A stretch of 64,000 bases of DNA, taken from the IMG/VR virus record IMGVR_UViG_3300020034_000011. One strand, written 5' to 3'. A program made the position numbers and the translations under genes. The notes beneath the pieces were generated by a model. It saw only the letters and a program-made list of their open reading frames with translations, made no database searches and was not told the origin of the DNA. Below, piece after piece: positions 1-9,068 of the stretch (positions within the stretch are counted from its first letter, which is position 1; each line of letters begins with the position of its first letter). This DNA is from an uncultured virus (IMG/VR IMGVR_UViG_3300020034_000011). Lineage: Duplodnaviria > Heunggongvirae > Uroviricota > Caudoviricetes.

Positions 1-115
1 GCCAAAAATGTCTCCGGGGGAGTATTTTCTGGAGACAATCCGAGATGGTACCCTCGGGAACCCCTTGGAAAGTCTTACCCATCCGTTACAATGAGTTGAG
101 AAAGCGAGAAGAACT

Positions 116-328
116 ATGACGCCGCCCGACCATCACGTTCCGCACGAGGACGCACACCGCGAGGTCATCGATGAGCAGCTGGAGCGCTCCAGTGACGTCG
201 CCGTGATCGCTGATCACACCGCGGCCGCTGGGGCCAACCCGACGAAGGCCGAGTACGACGCTCTCGTCGTCAAGTTCAACAAGGTCCTCGAGACCTTGCG
301 GGACTCGGGTCTCATCCCGACCGCCTAG
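116..328 (+). CDS. small virion protein, head-fibre-like
   Basis: 70 aa; motif AAAGANPTKAEYDALVVKFNKVLETLRDSGLI resembles phage head-fibre/decoration proteins. Confidence 0.45.
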   Translation: MTPPDHHVPHEDAHREVIDEQLERSSDVAVIADHTAAAGANPTKAEYDALVVKFNKVLETLRDSGLIPTA

Positions 329-411
329 TTTGATCGAGGGGTGGATGCAAACCGTGTCCACCCCTCGTGTAGGTCTAGTGTCATAGTCTCGTAACGAAAG
401 GAGAGTTCGTT

Positions 412-735
412 ATGGCACGACGTAGAGCAGCGACCTCTTCTGAAGAGCGGGAGCTACAGCTCACAAGCAAGGCTTACGATCTTGTCGAGGAACGGATCGA
501 CGCAGGAACAGCATCGTCGCAGGAACTCACGTTTTTCCTGAAGATGGGCTCGTCTCGCGAACGCCTTGAGCAAGCAAAGATTGGTCATGAGATCGAACTC
601 ATGAAGGTCAAGAAGGATGCCGAGGAAGGTCGTCAGCGGATCGAGGAGCTGTTCGTCAAGGCCATCGATGCGATTCGTGGTTACGGCGGTTCACTCAATC
701 AAGGCTCGGTTGACGGAAGTGTGGAGGAGGGTTGA
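412..735 (+). CDS. conserved phage protein (possible terminase small subunit)
   Basis: 107 aa helical protein, RBS GAAAGGAG, position at the left end before the HNH gene; function inferred only. Confidence 0.5.
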   Translation: MARRRAATSSEERELQLTSKAYDLVEERIDAGTASSQELTFFLKMGSSRERLEQAKIGHEIELMKVKKDAEEGRQRIEELFVKAIDAIRGYGGSLNQGSVDGSVEEG

Positions 736-1055
736 TGCATATCCATTGGTACCACACTGTACATGAAACTCGAGCAGCGCTCTACAGGCGTTGTCGATGT
801 GGACGCCGCAAAGTGCTGCAGCTTGGGACAACGATTCCTGAACGAAACTGGGTTGATCGCGAAGAGTTGGGTTTGATTGGCCATCCTGATGGGCCACCGA
901 TCCCGACCCCAATTACTCAGCTAGCTCCTGGTCATCCGGTGTCAGAGGACCGACGCGTTATGGCTGAGTCGTTGTGGCATTCGTTACAGAGAGGCGACAT
1001 CACTCACGCAGATCGACAGCGCATGCGACGATTGCGTGAATCGCTCTTGCGATGA
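732..1055 (+). CDS. hypothetical protein
   Basis: ORF overlaps both neighbours by 4 nt, typical of translational coupling. Confidence 0.5.
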   Translation: MMHIHWYHTVHETRAALYRRCRCGRRKVLQLGTTIPERNWVDREELGLIGHPDGPPIPTPITQLAPGHPVSEDRRVMAESLWHSLQRGDITHADRQRMRRLRESLLR

Positions 1056-1462
1056 AGCTTCGTACGTATACGGAGATGGTCAAGCTTGAAACGTTCGAAG
1101 AACGCTTCGAGTACCTGGTCCTCCATGGTAAGGTAGGAGCTGAGACGTTCGGTTTCGATCGCTGGGTCAACCAGTGGTTCTATCGGACGGTGGAGTGGCG
1201 CCGCGCACGAGACATAGTTATCCTTCGCGACGAAGCTCGCGACCTCGGGATCCCTGGCTACGAAGTGCATAGGCGTCTGTTGGTGCATCACATGAATCCG
1301 ATCACACCGGAGGACTTGGAACGTGGGGCTACTTGGGTATTGGATCCGGAGTTTCTTGTCACCACGTCGCACCGCACGCACAACGCCATTCACTATGGCG
1401 ACGATTCACTACTGGTCAAGCCGCCTGTCGAAAGACGCGCAGGCGACACCAAGCTCTGGTAA
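1052..1462 (+). CDS. HNH endonuclease (packaging-associated)
   Basis: WRRARDIVILRD...VHHMNP...THNAIH HNH signature. Confidence 0.85.
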   Translation: MKLRTYTEMVKLETFEERFEYLVLHGKVGAETFGFDRWVNQWFYRTVEWRRARDIVILRDEARDLGIPGYEVHRRLLVHHMNPITPEDLERGATWVLDPEFLVTTSHRTHNAIHYGDDSLLVKPPVERRAGDTKLW

Positions 1463-1480
1463 GAGCAAAAGGAGAACAGG

Positions 1481-2278
1481 ATGAGTAAAGACTCACGAAC
1501 CTTCAAGGTCGACGAGCCGGTCATGCGTGGTGAGGACATCCAGGACTTCCAGGGCGAAGTCAAGCGACTCTTTGAAGAACTGGACATCCACTGCCCGATC
1601 AAGGCCGATGGAATCTACGGCACGGCGACCCGCAGCTATATCGCGGCGCTGTGTAACTCGTACGGCATGATCGCCAGCCAGGTCATGAAGGATGGCGTCA
1701 CGCCTGAACTGCGGACACGCCTTCGTCATCACGACCTCACGGCTGGTGAGAACGCTCGGATGGGAACTCCCGAGCTCATCTCATATCGTCGCGCGCTGCG
1801 CAAGCGCTATGACAGCGGTGAGATCAAGGGCGTCCATCGTCCGGTCACCAAGGTGCTCGAGCATTCCTGGGGCTACCACCCCGGTGTGCATGACGGCGTC
1901 GATGTGATCACCCAGCCCGACGCAGTCACCTTCGCGATGTGCAAGGTCCGCATCATCGACGTCCGTACCAGCGGCTGGTGGGGTCTGGGCGCGCATGCGT
2001 CAGGTGGCCATCCGGTCTCTGACGGCGACGGCATCGTGCAGATGGAGATCCTCGAGAACGTCGGTCCGTTCAAGAAGGGCCACCACATCGGCTACGGTCA
2101 CAACGAGCGTCCCTTCGTTCGGGTTGGGCAGATCCTGGAGGCGGGCGACAAGATCGCTCACGCCGGGTTTGCCAACGCGTGGCATATCCATCTGATGCAC
2201 AACGACGGTAAGACGAGCAGGGGGATCGGCAACCTCGATCCCGGACCGCTGGTCGACTACGCCCTGGCACACGGGTAA
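1481..2278 (+). CDS. endolysin: peptidoglycan-binding-like N-terminus plus M23 peptidase
   Basis: MRGEDI...ADGIYG PG-binding-like motif; M23 zinc motifs HDGVD and HIH; YGH. Confidence 0.8.
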   Translation: MSKDSRTFKVDEPVMRGEDIQDFQGEVKRLFEELDIHCPIKADGIYGTATRSYIAALCNSYGMIASQVMKDGVTPELRTRLRHHDLTAGENARMGTPELISYRRALRKRYDSGEIKGVHRPVTKVLEHSWGYHPGVHDGVDVITQPDAVTFAMCKVRIIDVRTSGWWGLGAHASGGHPVSDGDGIVQMEILENVGPFKKGHHIGYGHNERPFVRVGQILEAGDKIAHAGFANAWHIHLMHNDGKTSRGIGNLDPGPLVDYALAHG

Positions 2279-2282
2279 AGAG

Positions 2283-2315
2283 CGAGGGGGAGAGTTTTCT
2301 CCCCTTCTCTTTTTT
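2283..2315 (+). terminator. intrinsic terminator
   Basis: GGGGAGA/TCTCCCC stem followed by a T tract, directly after the endolysin. Confidence 0.7.
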
Positions 2316-2362
2316 GCCTGACATCTAGACAAACGCAGTACAATCCCTAGGAGACGATCCAT

Positions 2363-2827
2363 ATGGAAGCATCACAGAGCGGTACGCCGGACTCCGGTTC
2401 GGGCAACGCTTCGAGCTCGGGCGCTCCGTCCACGTCGGGAACCACCGGCACCGACACCCCGGGTCAGCCCGCCACGACGCCGACCCCCAACACCCCGGCT
2501 ACGTCGCAGGAGACCCCGCAGCAGGACTCGGGTCTCCAGACTCCGCAGCCCGATCAGCCGGTTCCGACCGAGGATGCGCGCCAGGAGTCCGAGGCGTCTC
2601 CGCAGGACACGGGTCCGACCCAGGGCTTCGCCAAGACCGAGCAGCCTTCCTATCCGGATGGTGCCGATCAGCAGCAGGCCCACGACAAGAAGCAGATCGA
2701 GGTGGACGCGGCCCGAAGCGAGCACAACGCGCGCGCGAACGGAGGCGACGTCCAGGAGGGCGAGCGTCAGGCTGCGCGGGATGAGCACAACGCGCGCACC
2801 GCGGGCGAGTCGACGGATCAGAGCTAG
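2363..2827 (+). CDS. low-complexity S/T/P/Q-rich protein
   Basis: 154 aa, RBS AGGAG, duplicated AAR(S/D)EHNAR motif. Confidence 0.6.
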   Translation: MEASQSGTPDSGSGNASSSGAPSTSGTTGTDTPGQPATTPTPNTPATSQETPQQDSGLQTPQPDQPVPTEDARQESEASPQDTGPTQGFAKTEQPSYPDGADQQQAHDKKQIEVDAARSEHNARANGGDVQEGERQAARDEHNARTAGESTDQS

Positions 2828-2837
2828 TTGAAGTACT

Positions 2838-3020
2838 TGTGGTCCCGTCTGACCGGACTAGAGACCGGTTGTTCAAACACCACAGCCCGCAAGCTGAAGT
2901 GACCGGGATAGGCTTGTCGTAGTTTTTAGATAGATGTATGTGGTCCTGCGCAGTCGGAGACAGGGGTCTCTGGAGTGTTGGACACCACTGCCCGCGAGCT
3001 GAAGCGCTAGGATAGGCTCG
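2838..3020 (+). ncRNA. two tandem copies of a pseudoknotted RNA motif (2838-2916, 2939-3020)
   Basis: shared TGTGGTCC...ACCACWGCCCGCRAGCTGAAG...GGATAGGCTYG with compensatory changes in two helices. Confidence 0.6.
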
Positions 3021-3050
3021 CCTTTATTCGAATGCTAAAGGAGATGTGGA

Positions 3051-3467
3051 ATGGAACAGAGCATCTTGAAGAGCACCAAAGAGGTGCTGCATATTGCGGT
3101 AGATGATCCGTCGTTCGATCTCAGCATCATCACCCAGATCAACTCGGCGTTTTCCACCCTCAACGACTTGGGTGTCGGCCCTGATGACGGGTTTGTCATC
3201 GATGGGGATGCTGAGGACTGGGAAGATTTCCTGATCAGCGAGGCTGACGAAGCCAAGGCTAAAGTTCAGCGGGCGCAGATCAAGACGTTTATCCTGCTGA
3301 CTGTTCGTTTGGCCTTCGATCCTCCGCAGGTTGCGTTCTTGCTGCAGTCGGCCGAACGCCAACTCACCGAGATCACGTGGCGTATCAGCACGCGGCGTGA
3401 ACAAGCGGACTACCGAGATCCGGTCGAGGAGCTGGTTACCGAGATCGACGGCGGAGACGCGGGCTAG
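3051..3467 (+). CDS. head-tail connector/adaptor-like protein
   Basis: SILKSTKEVL...VRLAFDPPQ pattern typical of gp6-like adaptors. Confidence 0.6.
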   Translation: MEQSILKSTKEVLHIAVDDPSFDLSIITQINSAFSTLNDLGVGPDDGFVIDGDAEDWEDFLISEADEAKAKVQRAQIKTFILLTVRLAFDPPQVAFLLQSAERQLTEITWRISTRREQADYRDPVEELVTEIDGGDAG

Positions 3468-3475
3468 GAGGATGG

Positions 3476-3784
3476 ATGACTGTTTTAGGTCCGTACACGT
3501 ACAAGCTCAAGCGCGATTCGACGCGTCGATGGGCAGCTCTCAACCCGATTCTCGCAGAGGGGGAACCCGGAATTGAGCGTGAGACCGGACGGTTCAAGCT
3601 TGGTGACGGCAATACTCGATGGCTCGAGCTGCCATATTTCACCCCGGGCGACGGTGGTGGCGGTGATCCTGGCGATCCGCCTGATGATGGTTCGCTGGCC
3701 GAGCACATCAACTCGCTCCATCCTCATCCGGTCTATGACGATGGACCTTCCCTCTTTCTCCTCTACGAAAACGCAAAGGTGTAA
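3476..3784 (+). CDS. Mtd-N/hyaluronidase-N-like tail fibre-associated protein
   Basis: WAALNPILAEGEPGIERETGRFKLGDGNTRWLELPY motif. Confidence 0.7.
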   Translation: MTVLGPYTYKLKRDSTRRWAALNPILAEGEPGIERETGRFKLGDGNTRWLELPYFTPGDGGGGDPGDPPDDGSLAEHINSLHPHPVYDDGPSLFLLYENAKV

Positions 3785-3786
3785 TC

Positions 3787-4341
3787 ATGAGTCTTCAGAC
3801 ACGCCTCTCGGACCTGATTACAGCGGTCGGGACCGACGTCAAGCAGCTTCGAACCTGGGTCACCGGCTCATCCTCAGGCAATCTCACCGGCCTTACCACC
3901 ACAGTAAAGACCGACTTGGTCTCGGCAGTCAACGAGGTCAACGCAAAGCCGGGCGAGGCCGACGCTTCCGTTACGGTCAAGGGCATTATTGAGATCGCCA
4001 CTCTGGCTGAGGTGACGACGGGTACCGATACGGTGCGCGCAGTCACACCGCAAGGAGTACGACAGGAACGCACAGCACTCAAAGCCGAGATCCTCGGTGC
4101 CGGTGTTCCTGCAGCGTTGGACACACTGGATGAGCTGGCGGCAGCTCTGGCTGACGATGCCGCATTTTCTGCCACGATCACGACGGCGCTGGGTAACCGT
4201 GTCCGAACCGACACAGCCGCACAAGGTTTGACCGGACCTCAGCAGGTCAACGCGCGCACGAACATCCTTGCGCAAGACTCGGCCTCGATCGGTAATGCTG
4301 ACATCGACCTCGCTGCGCTTTATGTCGTAGCGAAGACGTGA
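3787..4341 (+). CDS. tail fibre-related protein
   Basis: KTDLVSAVNE, ASVTVKGIIEIAT and PAALDTLDELAAAL fibre motifs. Confidence 0.7.
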   Translation: MSLQTRLSDLITAVGTDVKQLRTWVTGSSSGNLTGLTTTVKTDLVSAVNEVNAKPGEADASVTVKGIIEIATLAEVTTGTDTVRAVTPQGVRQERTALKAEILGAGVPAALDTLDELAAALADDAAFSATITTALGNRVRTDTAAQGLTGPQQVNARTNILAQDSASIGNADIDLAALYVVAKT

Positions 4342-5690
4342 GTCTGCAGACACGTCTCGCTGCTCTCATTACAGCCGTCGGGGCGGACATCAAAGATCTG
4401 AAGTCCAAGACGACGCTGCTTTCGTCTTTGCCGATTGAGAACTGGCACTTTGTCGGCGGTGCTGGCGAACCCGCGTTCCAGAACAGCTGGTCCAATCTTG
4501 ATGCAACGAGAACAGCGCGATTCAAGAAGTATCCAGATGGTCGCGTTCGGCTGCAAGGATTCATCAAGACCACGGGCGCGTTGAGCACTGCCGCCTTTCA
4601 GTTGCCGGTCGGTTATCGACCATCAGTTGAAGTCGACTTTCCCGCTCTTTCGAATGGCGCATTTGGGAACGTTGTTGTCTCTGACGTTGGTAATGTGATC
4701 CCTAATGTCGGAAGCGCGACTTACGTCTGTTTGGATGGAGTTGAGTTTGACACAGGGATCTCGAGTGTCGCGCCAATCTTGGTGACCAACGTCACTCAAG
4801 AAGGCTGGCATGTCATTGGCGTGGCGGGTGAACCGGCGTTCAAGAATAGCTGGGTTGCCGAAGTTGGCGGACCTCCACCACGGTTCAAGAAAGATCCGGC
4901 TGGGGTAGTCGAGGTCCAAGGTTGGTTGAAGACTGGTACCAACAGTGTAGCGTTTACGCTTCCGGCGGGTTATCGACCTGATACAGATCTTCTAATCCCG
5001 ATCCTCATCACAAGTGGCGCTGCTGGTGGTTACATTCGCATCTTCACAAACGGTGATGTGAACATCACAAACCCAGGTGGCGTGGGCGCTTTCTTGGGTG
5101 GTATCAGCTTTCCCACAACGCAAACTACCTTCCCGGCCGCTAAGACGGACATCCCCACGGTCACGACCTTGCCATTAGGGCCGACCGATGGCGACGAGAT
5201 CTACTTCCAGACGGCGGCGATGAAGGTCGACGGCATCAAGTGGCACTTGCAGTATGATGCCAGCGCTCCAGGACTGTACAAGTGGATCTTCCTGGGCGGA
5301 GCCGAGTTGACCAATTATGCGGCCACCGGCGAGACGATCGCCAACACCTCTAATGCCGCGGTCGATCTGACGGCCACCGGAGCAGTACCTGTGGTCTTGC
5401 CTTTGGCTGGGGACTACCACATCGAAGGTGCGTTCACCTTGAACCCGAGCTCAGGCAACGTTCAAGTGAACATCCGGGCTTACCCTGGAATCAATGGTAG
5501 TGGTGGAGTCGCATTCACCGCAGTGCAAAGTTGGATCGGTAGCGCTCCGTATGGTTCTCTCCTTTCGTCAGGAAGGCAGCGAATCCAAGCATTGGCGGCT
5601 GGGACCATTCGACTTCGAGGAAGTACCAACTCTAACGCCGTGGTGCTTCTCACCTCGTGGCTTTCAGCTCGACCAATCCGTGTCGGCTAA
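4338..5690 (+). CDS. minor tail / receptor-binding protein
   Basis: two internal repeats WH.(V/I)G.AGEPAF.NSW...F.LP.GYRP. Confidence 0.7.
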   Translation: MSLQTRLAALITAVGADIKDLKSKTTLLSSLPIENWHFVGGAGEPAFQNSWSNLDATRTARFKKYPDGRVRLQGFIKTTGALSTAAFQLPVGYRPSVEVDFPALSNGAFGNVVVSDVGNVIPNVGSATYVCLDGVEFDTGISSVAPILVTNVTQEGWHVIGVAGEPAFKNSWVAEVGGPPPRFKKDPAGVVEVQGWLKTGTNSVAFTLPAGYRPDTDLLIPILITSGAAGGYIRIFTNGDVNITNPGGVGAFLGGISFPTTQTTFPAAKTDIPTVTTLPLGPTDGDEIYFQTAAMKVDGIKWHLQYDASAPGLYKWIFLGGAELTNYAATGETIANTSNAAVDLTATGAVPVVLPLAGDYHIEGAFTLNPSSGNVQVNIRAYPGINGSGGVAFTAVQSWIGSAPYGSLLSSGRQRIQALAAGTIRLRGSTNSNAVVLLTSWLSARPIRVG

Positions 5691-5716
5691 TCAACAACTC
5701 TAACGGGAGGTTCAAA

Positions 5717-7261
5717 ATGGGTAGTAACCTCGTCATCGTGGCCATCCCCGATGAGGATGATCGGGCCTACAAGCTCTCAAGCGAAAAGATCCCGCATCTC
5801 ACCTTGATGTTCTTGGGTGATTCGGACAAGGTCCAGAACATCGACAAGATCGTGCAGTTCGTGGAGCACGCTGCCAGCCAGACGCTGAAGCGCTTCTACC
5901 TTCCGGTGGATCGCCGAGACAAGATCGGTGACAACGACGCTGACGTGCTGCTCTTCAAGGTGCGCAAGCGCTATGACGGCCAAGCACTTCGGGATTTTCG
6001 CACCGCGTTGCTGCAGGACCCCAACATCAAGACGGCGTATGACTCCGCCGAGCAGCATGAGGGTCCGTGGGTCCCGCATCTCACGATGGGGTATCCGGAG
6101 TCCCCGGCCAAGAAGGACGAGTCCGACAATGAATTCGGGTTCTACGACGTCCGCTTCGTCAAGATCGCGGTTTGGGTCGACGACTACGACGGTCCCGAGT
6201 TCCTGCTCAAGGACTGGGACGACGAGGAAGATCTCCACGGGTCGGTCTACGACACCCCGTTGGCGGCTTGGAGCGGAATGGCTCAGCGTGGTCAGTCGGC
6301 TGTTGCCGAGTTGTTTGACGATGGTTTGGAGCATCACGGCGTCAAGGGCATGAAGTGGGGTGTCCGGAAGGCCGCCTCCAAGACGGGCGATCACCTCAAG
6401 GACGCGAACTTCCGTCGAAAGGCCAACAACCTGGACACGGTCACGCAGCTCGTCAATGAGGCGAGTACGAAGACGAAGAACCAGGACCTCCCCAAGATCA
6501 ACGCCAAGCACAAGGAGTTGGGAGCGAAGGTTTCCAAGACTCCGCATCTCGTTGGCGTGTCGCGAGTCCCGGCACAGAAGGCATACCGCGACGCAGTTCG
6601 TGCCGCCTACCTCAAGCGACTTCACGAAGTGGCTGAGACGAAGACGAGCAGCACCGGGAACAAGAAGTACACCATCGACGCCAAGAGCGCTACGCGGTGG
6701 AAGGTTCGGGTCAAGGATGTCGAGCATGCCGCTGGCGACTTTGAGATCGAGCTCATCCTTGATGACGACGGCTACATCAAGGACTTCGCCATGGTGGAGG
6801 ACTCGTTGGAGCATTCGATGACCGTCGCCGAGTGTGGCATGACGTTTATCGAGGGTTTTCTCGGCGATGGCACGCTCGCGCACTCTGGTGTCAAGGGCAT
6901 GAAGTGGGGTGTCCGGAAGGATCCTCCGTCGGCGGTGGCCGCCACGGCTACCTCACGCGTCCCGCACGGGAACGCGCGCAAGACCAAGATCGACACCGAG
7001 GGTGGTGAAAACCATCCGGCGCATTCAGATGCCATCAAGGTGGCCGAAGCCAAGACCAAGCTCCGCAAGAGCGGTCCCGCGGCGCTCTCCAACAACGAGC
7101 TTCGCGAAGTGGCCAATCGAGTTCAGCTCGAGCAGCAGGTGAAGCAACTGGTGCAGCCTGCAGGCAAGAAGTTCGTCAACAACCTGCTCCGCAACCAGGG
7201 CACTCAGACCGCCAATTCGGTGGCCAGCAAGCAGATCAAGAGGAAGTTCGCCCTGGCGTAG
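5717..7261 (+). CDS. 2H phosphoesterase (2'-5' RNA ligase/Acb1-like) fused to HxGVKGMKWG-repeat region
   Basis: two HxT motifs (IPHLTL, VPHLTM); two H(H/S)GVKGMKWGVRK motifs; start reassigned to ATG 5717 after GGGAGG. Confidence 0.75.
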   Translation: MGSNLVIVAIPDEDDRAYKLSSEKIPHLTLMFLGDSDKVQNIDKIVQFVEHAASQTLKRFYLPVDRRDKIGDNDADVLLFKVRKRYDGQALRDFRTALLQDPNIKTAYDSAEQHEGPWVPHLTMGYPESPAKKDESDNEFGFYDVRFVKIAVWVDDYDGPEFLLKDWDDEEDLHGSVYDTPLAAWSGMAQRGQSAVAELFDDGLEHHGVKGMKWGVRKAASKTGDHLKDANFRRKANNLDTVTQLVNEASTKTKNQDLPKINAKHKELGAKVSKTPHLVGVSRVPAQKAYRDAVRAAYLKRLHEVAETKTSSTGNKKYTIDAKSATRWKVRVKDVEHAAGDFEIELILDDDGYIKDFAMVEDSLEHSMTVAECGMTFIEGFLGDGTLAHSGVKGMKWGVRKDPPSAVAATATSRVPHGNARKTKIDTEGGENHPAHSDAIKVAEAKTKLRKSGPAALSNNELREVANRVQLEQQVKQLVQPAGKKFVNNLLRNQGTQTANSVASKQIKRKFALA

Positions 7262-7279
7262 AAGAGAGGAGGCGGCATC

Positions 7280-9046
7280 GTGGGGTTGTCCAACACTGCA
7301 GTTCCAACGTATTACGGGCAATTTCGCGATGCCGTGACGCGGGGAGACATTCCCGTCAATCGGGAGATCTCGATGGAGATGAACCGCATTGATGCGCTCA
7401 TCGCCAATCCCAACTTCTGGTATGACGACGAGGCGGTGGAAGGATTCGTTCGTTTTTGTGAAGGAGAGATGACCCTCACTGATGGGTCGGATTTACATCT
7501 CCTCTTCACATTCAAGCTTTGGGCCGAGCAGATATTCGGCTGGTTCTACTTCGATGACCGATCGGTCTACGTTCCTTCTGACGGTAACCATGGTGGACGG
7601 TACGAGACCCGTACGCTGAAGATCCGCCTGATCAAGAAGTTCTATCTCATCGTGGCCCGAGGTGCGGCGAAGTCGATGTTCGCCGCATTGGTTCAGGCAT
7701 ATTTCCTCACGGTTGACACGACGACCACGCACCAGATCACCACCGCGCCCACGATGAAGCAAGCTGAAGAGGTCATGTCGCCCTTCAGTACCGCCATTGT
7801 CCGCGCTCGTGGCCCTCTGTTCAAGTTCCTCACCGAGGGCTCGATGCAGAACACCACGGGCAATCGGATGTTGCGCCAAAAGCTGGCGTCGACCAAAAAG
7901 GGGATTGAGAACTTCCTCACGAACTCGATCCTCGAGATCCGGCCGATGACCATCAACAAGCTTCAAGGGCTTCGGTCAAAGATCGCCACAATCGATGAGT
8001 GGCTGTCCGGTGATATTCGAGAGGATGTCATCGGTGCGGTGGAGCAGGGCGCGTCAAAGCTTCCTGACTACCTCATCATCGCCATTTCCTCTGAAGGTAC
8101 CGTCCGGAACGGCTCGGGCGATACCGTGAAGATGGAGCTGATGGACATCCTCAAGGGCGAGTACCAAGCGCCCCACGTGGCCATCTGGCACTACAAGCTT
8201 GACGATGTCGAGGAAGTCGCCAACCCGGCGATGTGGCTGAAGGCCAACCCCAACCTCGGACAGACCGTCACCTACGACACCTATCAGCTGGATGTCGAAC
8301 GAGCCGAGAAGGCTCCTGCTTCGCGAAACGATATTCTCGCCAAGCGCTTCGGCATCCCCATGGAGGGCTACACCTACTTCTTCACCTACGAAGAGACGCT
8401 CTTGCATCGAGTTCGCCCGCTTGCCTACAGCGGCATGATGTGCGCACTCGGAATGGACGCCTCGCAAGGTGACGACTTCTGGGCCTTCACCTTCCTCTTC
8501 CCTCTGGGGATGAATGCGAAGGGCGAGATCCAGTTTGGCGTTGTGACACGCTCGTACATCACCGAGAGAACGCTGATGCTGCTTCAAGCGGCGATGCGTC
8601 AGAAGTACGAAGAGTTCATCACCGAAGGCTCTCTCCACGTCATGCCCGGCACCATTCTTGACTGGGAAGAGATCTACGATGATCTCGATGCGTTCATCAT
8701 CGCCAATGAGTACGACCCCGTATGCTTTGGTTACGACCCGTACAACGCCAAGGAGTTCCTCAAGCGTTGGTCTGCCGAGAACAGTGAGTTCGGCATTGAG
8801 AAGGTCATGCAGGGCGCGAAGACCGAGTCTGTCCCACTGGGCGAGCTCAAGAAGATCTCCGAAGATCGAGGCCTCATATTCGATCAGTCGTTGATGTCCT
8901 TTGCCATGGGTAACGCCGTGACGCTAGTGGATACCAATGGGAACCGGAAGCTGCTCAAGAAGCGAGCAGAAGAGAAGATCGACAATGTGGCGGCCCTCAT
9001 GGACGCCTACATCGCATTCAAGGCCCATAAGGACATGTTCGAATGA
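7280..9046 (+). CDS. terL: terminase large subunit
   Basis: Walker A VARGAAKS, Walker B ATIDE, nuclease acidic motifs LGMDAS and KIDNVAA. Confidence 0.93.
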   Translation: MGLSNTAVPTYYGQFRDAVTRGDIPVNREISMEMNRIDALIANPNFWYDDEAVEGFVRFCEGEMTLTDGSDLHLLFTFKLWAEQIFGWFYFDDRSVYVPSDGNHGGRYETRTLKIRLIKKFYLIVARGAAKSMFAALVQAYFLTVDTTTTHQITTAPTMKQAEEVMSPFSTAIVRARGPLFKFLTEGSMQNTTGNRMLRQKLASTKKGIENFLTNSILEIRPMTINKLQGLRSKIATIDEWLSGDIREDVIGAVEQGASKLPDYLIIAISSEGTVRNGSGDTVKMELMDILKGEYQAPHVAIWHYKLDDVEEVANPAMWLKANPNLGQTVTYDTYQLDVERAEKAPASRNDILAKRFGIPMEGYTYFFTYEETLLHRVRPLAYSGMMCALGMDASQGDDFWAFTFLFPLGMNAKGEIQFGVVTRSYITERTLMLLQAAMRQKYEEFITEGSLHVMPGTILDWEEIYDDLDAFIIANEYDPVCFGYDPYNAKEFLKRWSAENSEFGIEKVMQGAKTESVPLGELKKISEDRGLIFDQSLMSFAMGNAVTLVDTNGNRKLLKKRAEEKIDNVAALMDAYIAFKAHKDMFE

Positions 9047-9068
9047 TGAGAAGAAAGGAGGAGAGCTG

